A stretch of DNA of 64,000 bases from a bacterium (GTDB taxonomy: Bacteria > AUK180). The notes under the pieces are model-generated. The model had not been told where the DNA came from, did not search any database, and saw nothing but the letters and a program-made list of their open reading frames with translations. The stretch spans positions 8,638 to 72,637 of the forward strand of contig JAGLWT010000037.1 of assembly GCA_023133295.1 (NCBI GenBank), written 5' to 3'. The stretch's first letter is position 1. Each line of letters opens with the position of its first letter. This document shows, in pieces, positions 27,990 to 36,010 of this stretch. Position numbers and translations under genes: made by a program.

Positions 27990-29000
27990 TCAGCTTTTAT
28001 CCTCATTTTCGTTCTCATTTGGATCAGCTCCACTATCATCTATATTATCTAAATCATTTACATCTTCCAATGGTTCTTTTTCAGTAATACTCTCTGATTC
28101 ATCCTGAGGTAGTTCAGATTCTTCTTTTTGTTCAGCTGTCTCTTCAATTACCTCTTCAGGGACTTTCTCCGCTTCAGCGCCTTCTGTTTGGTCAGCTTTC
28201 TCTTCAATTACCTCTTCAGGGACTTTCTCCGCTTCAGCGCCTTCTGTTTGGTCAGCTGTCTCTTCAAATACCACTTCAGGGGCTTTCTCCGCTTCAGCGC
28301 CTTCTGTTTGGTCAGCTGTCTCTTCAATTACCTCTTCAGGGACTTTCTCCGTTTCAGCTCCTTCTGTTTGGTCAGGAATCTTTCTAGTTTCCTTCTCTTT
28401 ACTTCTTGTCGTCAAGAATTGAAATATTAAACATATGATAAATGAAACTACAAATACATAATGAATGAAATGTATCGAATACATAAGGGCCGCTGCTCCA
28501 TCTTCCAGAATGGACATAAAGAGCCAATCCAAATTGAAAAGGAAATTCCCGATACTCCCGGAAGATATTGCAGAAATCGCTAATGTCAGACAAAATGATC
28601 CTACGATAGAGGTATTACATATTGTTGCAATCCTACCCCCTTTGGCACCCCAGATGGAAAGACCTATAATCCCGGCAATACTTAATAATATAAGCATGGC
28701 ATTGGCAGTTGCAAGTTCCATTTCAGGATTGATATGTATCATAATAAGAGTAATACTGGTTGCTAAGAATCCTCCGGCGACCATACCAATAACTATCCGG
28801 GTTATCTTATGAAGAAGAAAGCTTAGTCCGACTCCGATTACTATGAAGATCAAAACTATAATTGTTCCTTGCTCACTATTATGAAACAAAGCAGCTCCCA
28901 GGAACATGAATACAAATCCCCAGATCAAGGCATTAGTAAGCTTGAATACTTTATGTCCAAAAAGTCCAAGCATGACACCAAGGAATAGTAAATAAATCAT
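27990..29000 (-). CDS. Polytopic membrane protein with an acidic 20-aa tandem-repeat C-terminal tail
   Basis: 336-aa ORF with about 7 hydrophobic helices, then 4 repeats of ADQTEGAEAEKVPEEVIEET. Confidence 0.6.
   Translation of the reverse strand: MIYLLFLGVMLGLFGHKVFKLTNALIWGFVFMFLGAALFHNSEQGTIIVLIFIVIGVGLSFLLHKITRIVIGMVAGGFLATSITLIMIHINPEMELATANAMLILLSIAGIIGLSIWGAKGGRIATICNTSIVGSFCLTLAISAISSGSIGNFLFNLDWLFMSILEDGAAALMYSIHFIHYVFVVSFIICLIFQFLTTRSKEKETRKIPDQTEGAETEKVPEEVIEETADQTEGAEAEKAPEVVFEETADQTEGAEAEKVPEEVIEEKADQTEGAEAEKVPEEVIEETAEQKEESELPQDESESITEKEPLEDVNDLDNIDDSGADPNENENEDKS
28131..28374. repeat. Four tandem 60-bp repeats (coding)
   Basis: Sequence lines 28141, 28201, 28261 and 28321 are near-identical with an exact 60-nt period. 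Confidence 0.9.
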
Positions 29001-29253
29001 AATAGCCCCCTAATCTTATTTATTGTAAGTATATCACTAAATACAAATAATCCTAAATATGAATTCCATAATATCACTGTCATCATTTTTTGCTCATCAG
29101 TGAAAGAAGTGAAACCCCGTCTTCCTGTGCATGCTATCACCTTCCCCTTGCTCCACTGGGTCCACTGGGTTACTGGGCTACTGCCGAAGGCTTCTTTTGC
29201 AACAAATTCAACAACCGTCCCCAAATTCCTGATACATTTTCTCATTATACTTC

Positions 29254-29706
29254 TTACGATTTAAATTTGACATTATTCCATATTATCCCTGCACATGCAA
29301 CCACACAAGCAACAATAAATAGTGTACACGACTGCTTTGAAAAATGTCTAAAAACACACCCAAGAGCTACTAAACTCTCTATTGAACCTATAAACATGAT
29401 CAAAACCATTAAGCAAGAAGGAGATGACTCTTTCTTAATCATCTCGGCATTATAGGCTAAAACAGTCGCTGCAAGAAAAGGAATCGCAATGGAGAGATGA
29501 ATAACAGCCATTTCAAGATACTCATCTAGCGAATTTACCATTACCAGTTGGATTAGTACATATGCGGAAATTGCCAGTAATCCTAAAGCAGATAAACGAT
29601 TTTGCAGGTTCATCATGAAATCAAATTTCTCTTCTTTCTTTCCTTCATCAACAGTCATATCTCCTCCGTTAGAAGTCTCAAATGACACACTAAAACACAT
29701 TATCAT
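29254..29706 (-). CDS. Membrane protein, function unknown
   Basis: 150-aa ORF with 3-4 hydrophobic helices. Confidence 0.45.
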   Translation of the reverse strand: MIMCFSVSFETSNGGDMTVDEGKKEEKFDFMMNLQNRLSALGLLAISAYVLIQLVMVNSLDEYLEMAVIHLSIAIPFLAATVLAYNAEMIKKESSPSCLMVLIMFIGSIESLVALGCVFRHFSKQSCTLFIVACVVACAGIIWNNVKFKS

Positions 29707-29949
29707 TTTTAATGTTCGCCTGATTGTTTTTAGGCGTAACTCCTTTGCCCTTTTCCGCTTGTGATTTTTTCATCTGAGCCTCCTTTAGCAACTAATGATT
29801 ACTTAGCATTTTGTATGCCATCTAAGGCTTTCCATATAATATTTCGCGATTGAATATTTGATTAATCTACACTTGACTGATAGTAACAAATAAGCAACAT
29901 TTGGGATATATTTTCAAATTGAATAATAAAATGAATTATTCAATGCTGC

Positions 29950-30756
29950 TTATTTGATGTACCTACTCATCTCAGAAAATTTCTCTAGTAGATTCTCTGC
30001 CAAAGTGGTTTTCTTAATAATATATTTTGCCCAACGACCTCTTGAATTGGATAATCTAGTACTTATTCTAAAACGTGGATTATTCTTATTGACAACATTC
30101 CCATTGAGAACCTTCTCGCTAGGTAGAAATATCAGATTCTCATCGATTTCAATTGTTTTAGGATCAAAATATGCACCTACAACAAAAAATGAGTGGTGGG
30201 GATTAAATGTTTTTTTCCTTACATCTATAATAAACGAGCCAGTTTCATGTAGCTTAAATCTGCTTTTGACCTGTAAAAATATCGGTTGATATATACCATT
30301 CTTTACGACGATTAAATCAATTCCTTCGGTATCTGTTACTGGTTTATAAACACTAAGAAGTCCTTGACCATATAATAAAATGAGATCCTTTATTCTATCT
30401 TCAACAATATCCCCTTTTGTAGAACTGGTTAATCCTGATGTGTCAATAATATTATCTGGTCGATGATCTATCAGTTCCTTTTCCTCAAATCCAGCCAGTT
30501 CAAGTCTATAAGTATTATTTTCCATTGATAGACCAACTTCATCTCCTGCTTCAACTTTGTTTCTTTTATACCATTGAGTTAAACCAAATATTCTCCTGTA
30601 CTGATAATTGTAAGTTAGTTTGTTAATCTTCCCATCCATTTTACATTCTATTTTACCTTTTGTATCTGGCATGAATTCTACACCTTTTGATGGAATATAT
30701 AGAAATCCCCCTTTGACCTCCACCTGTATTAATCTTCTTTTAAATATCTCTTTCAT
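29950..30756 (-). CDS. PD-(D/E)xK-like (DUF4365-like) nuclease with an N-terminal beta-barrel DNA-binding-like domain
   Basis: 268-aa ORF with a TDTEGIDLIVVKNGIYQPIFLQVKSR motif (D...QVK). The N-terminal segment RIFGLTQWYKRNKVEAGDEVGLS resembles B3/pseudobarrel domains, but only weakly. Confidence 0.5.
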   Translation of the reverse strand: MKEIFKRRLIQVEVKGGFLYIPSKGVEFMPDTKGKIECKMDGKINKLTYNYQYRRIFGLTQWYKRNKVEAGDEVGLSMENNTYRLELAGFEEKELIDHRPDNIIDTSGLTSSTKGDIVEDRIKDLILLYGQGLLSVYKPVTDTEGIDLIVVKNGIYQPIFLQVKSRFKLHETGSFIIDVRKKTFNPHHSFFVVGAYFDPKTIEIDENLIFLPSEKVLNGNVVNKNNPRFRISTRLSNSRGRWAKYIIKKTTLAENLLEKFSEMSRYIK

Positions 30757-30806
30757 TAATACACCTCCTTGAATTACAAATGTTAATCACATAATTACTA
30801 TGATAT

Positions 30807-30905
30807 ATATTACTTGATTTAAGAAATATTTTCAAATTAAACTAAGAACTCTGAGAATTTCAGCGTCATTTTGCAACTTTCGCAATTACCGGCCCCGAAT
30901 TGGCT
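30807..30905 (-). promoter_or_regulatory. G+P promoter module (TTGAAA-17-TAATAT)
   Basis: -35 is at 30835-30830 and -10 at 30812-30807, 51 nt upstream of the start at 30756. Confidence 0.55.
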
Positions 30906-30921
30906 TTCTTGCCAAATGTTA

Positions 30922-32463
30922 TTACCCATTCAATTGTCTGATGAGTATTTTTAAAACTTGAATTGCAATATTGGCTTCTTCGGAAGCAATAGTAAGTTTA
31001 TCCCGAATCTCTTTTCCAGGATGTATTAGATTTCTGTAATGCCTTAAAGAGTGAGAAAAGCCTTTAACTCCAAAATCTATTAATCCTAGTTCTTCCGATA
31101 CATCAATCAAATTTTCGAGAGTCCAAACTTCCAATTTTGTGCTCTTTTTCGTTTTTGCATCCCTCATTTTGGTAGAGTTCTTCATTAATAAATCCAGTAA
31201 TATTGCCTCAATTATAGAGCCTGTGAGAATTAATATTCCTTTGCAACAGTTCAATGAAATCATTTTATTTAATTCTGAAATATCTCTCTGAACTATTTCT
31301 TTAATACTTTCATCTTGAATGAACTCAACCGCGACACTAATTGTATTTACGGGAGAATTCTTATTCTGTCCCATTATTTCTTCCCATATAGTGCTTTCAG
31401 CTTCACCAGAGCGAGAGGATTTTTTCTTCTTCAGGAGATTGTCTAAATATGTCAACAGAAAATCACATACATTTTTCGTTTCATTTAGATCTTCAATCAT
31501 AGATGGAATCTCATATTTCCATTGAGAATAGTCAGTAGCATGATTTCCACTTCCTGTGAAATAGTAGCTAATATTTAACAGTAATCCAAGTTCTTTTATA
31601 TCTTCTTGTGATAATGAAAATAAATATCTCAACTCCTCGGACTCAATCTCAAATTTGCTTTCAATCACCCTGAATTTTCCCTTCATATAATAGAGATACA
31701 GAAGGAGGTTTTTAATATTCCTGCTCTTCAACCCTCCAATAGCAAAAATCCCAAGGAGCGTTAATTGATATTTATCATCTGGGGATTGATTGTTGTGAAT
31801 AATAAATCTTGGAGCTAATTCTTTCAGTGCATTATTTACCATTTCCCTTCCATGTTCTGTTCTAAATGGTAGCCCCGTTGGCCATTCCAACATAACTATG
31901 TATCTACTCCAAATGCTAGCTACTAGCTTCAAGTATTCCGAACTTATTTTGTTAATAGTTCTAACTATGTTATATGAAATTGAGGATTGATTTCGTATAA
32001 GTTCATCACACAATTTTTCATACTCATCCTCACTAACTATAAATATGTTTGAATCATACACAATGCTTTCGACTCGTTTTTTCATTTCAGAGAACACGTA
32101 TTTCAGTTCAGCCTTTTGAGAACCTGAGTTCATTCCTAAGTATACGGGAATGGAGATTTCATATTCCCGTATTAATTGGTCAGAAAAACCCTTAATTCGA
32201 GCTCGAACTTGATTCTTCTGATCTTCTGGAGTTTTTGATTTGCCAAGAGCTTCAATATCCAGTCTCAATTTATTACTAAGTAAATATTCTGTGCTGCCTA
32301 GGATTAAGTAAATAAGTGCGTCTTTGTGTTTTTTTGAAAACAATTGTTTTCTACCCGAATACGATGTATAGAGTTTGTTCACCTCATTTTCAAGAGCTTC
32401 TTTATGTTTCTGTGACACACCTTGAAATTGTTCATCACTTTCTTTAAATAGATTTGTATTCAC
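30922..32463 (-). CDS. Large hypothetical protein with a HEPN-like C-terminal motif
   Basis: 513-aa ORF with a GTG start. Near the C-terminus, GFSHSLRHYRNLIHPGKE has R-x(4-6)-H spacing. Confidence 0.45.
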   Translation of the reverse strand: MNTNLFKESDEQFQGVSQKHKEALENEVNKLYTSYSGRKQLFSKKHKDALIYLILGSTEYLLSNKLRLDIEALGKSKTPEDQKNQVRARIKGFSDQLIREYEISIPVYLGMNSGSQKAELKYVFSEMKKRVESIVYDSNIFIVSEDEYEKLCDELIRNQSSISYNIVRTINKISSEYLKLVASIWSRYIVMLEWPTGLPFRTEHGREMVNNALKELAPRFIIHNNQSPDDKYQLTLLGIFAIGGLKSRNIKNLLLYLYYMKGKFRVIESKFEIESEELRYLFSLSQEDIKELGLLLNISYYFTGSGNHATDYSQWKYEIPSMIEDLNETKNVCDFLLTYLDNLLKKKKSSRSGEAESTIWEEIMGQNKNSPVNTISVAVEFIQDESIKEIVQRDISELNKMISLNCCKGILILTGSIIEAILLDLLMKNSTKMRDAKTKKSTKLEVWTLENLIDVSEELGLIDFGVKGFSHSLRHYRNLIHPGKEIRDKLTIASEEANIAIQVLKILIRQLNG

Positions 32464-32481
32464 AATATCCTCTCTCTGGAT

Positions 32482-32575
32482 ATTTTACTTGATTTGCAAT
32501 AAATTTTCAAATTGAACTAAAAACCTCGTGAATTTCAGAGGCATTTTACAACAAGTTCCTGAGTTCTCCTCGGCA
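32482..32575 (-). promoter_or_regulatory. G+P promoter module (TTGAAA-17-TAAAAT)
   Basis: -35 is at 32510-32505 and -10 at 32487-32482, 19 nt upstream of the start at 32463. Confidence 0.55.
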
Positions 32576-32587
32576 AACTGCCGAGAA

Positions 32588-33217
32588 TTATTCTATTAAC
32601 TTAAGCGTATTTACTCTATCCTCACAACTAGTACACAACATGCAATGGTGACTTCCAATTGAATTACATGAAAATGTCTTTTTGTAAGGAATATCCTTCG
32701 TTGTAATATTAGCAATTACTTCTTCCCTATCTTTCTCCATAAATGGTGCTATTATTTTAAATTTTCTATCTCCCTTGTTCAATAATTTCTCAATAGCGCT
32801 AACATATTCTTTCTTTGTATCGTAATATGACTCTTTTCCAATAACCCCAATGGCTATTTCATATATATCTTTTCTATAACCATAGTTAGAGGCTAAAGTT
32901 AGCAATAAGAGGTTTCTATTTGGAAAGCATTCTTTCTGGTACCATTCACTTCTAATATAATCTTTCTCAGGAAACTCTCCTATTAGAGTACCACTACCTA
33001 TAGTTCCCATATTTTTAATATTTAATTCGTATAACCGGTCTTTGAATTTTTTATCTAGAATATTATGTATAGCTTTCTGTTCTCCCTCATATGATTTTTG
33101 TCCATAGTTTATGAAAAGGTGGTATATATCATAATTTTTCTTTAATAACCAATAATGCAGTATCGTAGAATCAATACCCCCAGAATATAGAAGGATAGCT
33201 TTTTTATTGATCACCAA
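32588..33217 (-). CDS. QueC-like PP-loop ATPase (7-cyano-7-deazaguanine-synthase family)
   Basis: 209-aa ORF with PP-loop ILLYSGGIDST, then INYGQ, FPNRNLLLLTLAS and a C-terminal C-x7-C-x2-C-x2-C zinc motif (FSCNSIGSHHCMLCTSCEDR). Confidence 0.75.
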   Translation of the reverse strand: MVINKKAILLYSGGIDSTILHYWLLKKNYDIYHLFINYGQKSYEGEQKAIHNILDKKFKDRLYELNIKNMGTIGSGTLIGEFPEKDYIRSEWYQKECFPNRNLLLLTLASNYGYRKDIYEIAIGVIGKESYYDTKKEYVSAIEKLLNKGDRKFKIIAPFMEKDREEVIANITTKDIPYKKTFSCNSIGSHHCMLCTSCEDRVNTLKLIE

Positions 33218-34481
33218 TTTCCTTTACTAACTCTTCTAAGGAATTTACTATTGAATCACAACCATGCTCTATCATATTGTTAAGTTTTACACTATTTGTC
33301 TTCAAACCAATAACTGATATACCTTTGGATTTTGCATACCCTATTTCAAAAAACGTACCAGGATCATAGACATCCACAACAGCAACAACACAATCTGCAC
33401 AGCATATTTTTTCTATGTCTTGTTTTACAATAGCTTCTTTTTCAGTTTTATCCATCCCTTCATTGATAGGGCCAATGTCTCTTACTGGAGAAATTACTTT
33501 ATAACCAGAAGCTTCTAGAACATTACATACTTTTGTTATCCAATCATACTCAGATTCAGAAAAAAACGGGCCAGCTAAATAAATAGTTTTCTCTATATGT
33601 AGATATTTTTTTCTTTCTTCCATCTCTTTTATTACTTTGTCTTCAGAAATAATATTTTCAATATTTTTTTGCTCGATAAAATTAGCGGCTACACAGGAAG
33701 CGATTTCCGCACTCTTAAAAACATTAATTCCCTTACAATAATTTGCAACTAAAGCTCCGTCATAAACATCCCCTGAGCCTAATGTGCAAAACACTTGAGA
33801 TTCGTATGAGCTTATCTTTTCCTCTTTCGTTGTATCGCATACTATACTACCTTTAATGCCTTGTTTAAGAATAATTATTTCAACATTTTTTTCTTTCAAA
33901 ATTCTAAATGCCCGTTCGGTTTCTACTTGTTCAGTAAGAAGATATAATTCCTCTTCATTAATAAGGAGTATTTTTATTTTATAATCCGTTATTATTTTTT
34001 TTGCCTGTGCAATTGAAAATTCATTCGGTTTTGGATCTAAAATTACTGGAATATTATTTTTATTTGCTTGTTTTATTGTTTTATTTGGAAAAGAATGGTC
34101 GATTGGGAAAATTACAAGTGCATCATATTTTTTGTTAAGCTTAGGTTCATAATCTATACCAATCCTACTAGTATTTGTTGGAATGCTATCTTTTTTTCCA
34201 TATTTACTATATCCGGTTACTAAATAATTTGGTAATAAGTATTTTTCGTCCATTTTTGCTTTGCTAAAATCTATTCCCATTCCACGCCATACCGACAAAC
34301 TATATTCATCTACCTTTGGGGCATATACAGTAAAAAAATCTACTTTAGCACCTTGTTTCGCTGCACTAATTGCAGAATATAACCCTGCTCCCCCCATTCT
34401 CCAAACAATTTTGTTATCATCAATTAACCAATCGGTTGCTATTTCTCCATATATTGCAAGTTCTATTTTCTCACTTTGCAT
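33204..34481 (-). CDS. Fusion protein: PfkB-family (ribokinase-like) kinase plus nucleoside 2-deoxyribosyltransferase-like domain
   Basis: 425-aa ORF. N-terminal motifs are GGAGLYSAISAAKQGAKV and GSGDVYDGALVA. C-terminal motifs are IYLAGPFFSESEYDW...CADCVVAVVDVYDPGTFFEIGYAKSKG. Confidence 0.7.
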   Translation of the reverse strand: MQSEKIELAIYGEIATDWLIDDNKIVWRMGGAGLYSAISAAKQGAKVDFFTVYAPKVDEYSLSVWRGMGIDFSKAKMDEKYLLPNYLVTGYSKYGKKDSIPTNTSRIGIDYEPKLNKKYDALVIFPIDHSFPNKTIKQANKNNIPVILDPKPNEFSIAQAKKIITDYKIKILLINEEELYLLTEQVETERAFRILKEKNVEIIILKQGIKGSIVCDTTKEEKISSYESQVFCTLGSGDVYDGALVANYCKGINVFKSAEIASCVAANFIEQKNIENIISEDKVIKEMEERKKYLHIEKTIYLAGPFFSESEYDWITKVCNVLEASGYKVISPVRDIGPINEGMDKTEKEAIVKQDIEKICCADCVVAVVDVYDPGTFFEIGYAKSKGISVIGLKTNSVKLNNMIEHGCDSIVNSLEELVKEIGDQ

Positions 34482-35184
34482 AACTTATAAATCCATTTCT
34501 ACCCAATTCCCAAATTAGAAAATCCAGCTTACCAAGACTAATTTTAATATCATCACATATTCTTTTTAATTCGTTTTCAATCTCGATGTATATTTTCTTT
34601 GTTATGGTTTTGGGTATATCAAATCCGTTATGCTTTAAGAATCGTAAAATATGAACATCTAAAACAGCTATCCTATCTGAAATATTAGTATTTCTTATGT
34701 ACCAACTTGCCGATTTCATCCCAAATCCCGGACATTCACATAACCACTCTCTTAAGTCATCAATATTTTTTGCAAACACAACCTCCTCAATCTCCCAATC
34801 ACATTCATCAAATAACCAATATCCTGCATTTGTAATTGTTCTTGGCTTAGTATTAAGGAAGCGATATTTTCGTAATTCATTGTTAATTGTTTTAGGTTCA
34901 AACTGTTTTTTTGAAAGTTCCCTTTCAATTAAGGCAAGAGTATCATTTAAAGAACTTGGAGATTTAAATAAATCCTTTTTTAAAATCCTTTTCTTGTTCA
35001 AAACTTTAAGTGCAGATTGATTCAGTTCAAAACTTATACCATAACCACCTAATATCACAAAAAAGAATTCTTTTATTAATACATCATTTGAAATCTTGCC
35101 AATAGAGTTGTTTACGCACATGCTTTCCGCATATTTACCATAACTATCCCATATTTTAAGAACTGCTTCTTTAGTCTTGTTCAA
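34471..35184 (-). CDS. OGG-like HhH-GPD DNA glycosylase (archaeal Ogg2-type)
   Basis: 237-aa ORF with ...LREWLCECPGFGMKSASWYIRNTNISDRIAVLDVHILRFL. The Lys and Asp sit at the positions of the glycosylase/lyase catalytic pair. Confidence 0.65.
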   Translation of the reverse strand: MNKTKEAVLKIWDSYGKYAESMCVNNSIGKISNDVLIKEFFFVILGGYGISFELNQSALKVLNKKRILKKDLFKSPSSLNDTLALIERELSKKQFEPKTINNELRKYRFLNTKPRTITNAGYWLFDECDWEIEEVVFAKNIDDLREWLCECPGFGMKSASWYIRNTNISDRIAVLDVHILRFLKHNGFDIPKTITKKIYIEIENELKRICDDIKISLGKLDFLIWELGRNGFISYAK

Positions 35185-35192
35185 TATTAGAT

Positions 35193-35606
35193 TTAATGAA
35201 TACCTTTTACTTCAACTTGTATTGTAGGATTATTTGCTGATCCTTGTATAGAGGTGATTTTGCCTTCATATTGCCAGCCTTTTTTAATACATTCTAAAAT
35301 AACACCTTTGCTTGGAGGGACTAATCCAATCTTAAAACTATCTTCCTTTTTTAAAACACTTAATTGTGAAACTCCGCCTTCTTCACTTAATACTATTAGA
35401 ACTTCATCATCAATGTGACATTTTTCCCATACTTCTTGCTCATTATTTTCAATTACAACATCAAATATCTGTGTTCTTGCACATTTATCATCGTTGTCTC
35501 CAGACTGGCCGGCGCCTTGAGAACCGCCTGCTCCTGCGCTTCCATTATTATCACTTTTGTTTCTATAACCACCTGAACCATAACCGGATCCTGATCCTCC
35601 GCCCAT
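35193..35606 (-). CDS. Small protein with a Gly/Ser-rich N-terminal tail (MGGGSGSGYGSGGY...) and an unknown ~90-aa C-terminal domain
   Basis: 137-aa ORF with a strong SD (AAGGAGG) 4 nt upstream of the ATG and an extended -10 TGTTATAAT about 40 nt upstream. First gene of the operon. Confidence 0.55.
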   Translation of the reverse strand: MGGGSGSGYGSGGYRNKSDNNGSAGAGGSQGAGQSGDNDDKCARTQIFDVVIENNEQEVWEKCHIDDEVLIVLSEEGGVSQLSVLKKEDSFKIGLVPPSKGVILECIKKGWQYEGKITSIQGSANNPTIQVEVKGIH

Positions 35607-35938
35607 AAGTCCTCCTTATCAATTATTCAACTATGTTTATTATAACACAAAAATAAGATTATTTCTATTTTTTTTTACCTACATATCATTTCAAAACAAA
35701 AATTAATCTTAACAGTTCGCTACGCTCACAGCTACGCCGTTCACTCCGCTATTATATTCCCTTTCGAACCCCACAAAATACCTACCCGCAACCATTCATC
35801 CACAAAGCGGCTTCCCCCTACTCTCCTACCCAAAAGAATCCATCACGCATTAACGTGATACGTGAATCCTTGTCCCTGGGTCAATGGGTTACAGGGACAC
35901 TTACTATCGTTGTCCTGTGGAAATGCCTTCTCAGGGTT

Positions 35939-35975
35939 CTCAGTTTAGGCAATAAGTAAAACCACGGTACCCTAT
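35939..35975 (+). repeat. Module T copy (divergent), 36 nt beyond the stop of the 36011-38113 gene
   Basis: ctcagtttaggcaataagtaaaaccacggtaccctat. Confidence 0.7.
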
Positions 35976-36010
35976 GTTTCTAGGAATATATTAACTATCC
36001 GTGTCAATCG

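Noticed and set aside
32588-35606. Classifying the QueC-like operon as type IV CBASS, Qat, Dpd or queuosine biosynthesis.
   Set aside because: Within or next to the operon there is no CD-NTase or TGT-like gene (CBASS IV). There is no QatA ATPase, QatB or TatD-like QatD. There is no DpdA/B/C and no QueD, QueE, FolE or QueF. It is therefore reported as an unclassified system.
35607-35720. A preQ1 or other riboswitch in the leader of the QueC-like operon.
   Set aside because: The leader is only ~40 nt between the predicted extended -10 and the SD. It shows no conserved stem-loop or preQ1-like motif. Upstream DNA is A/T-rich with no obvious structure.
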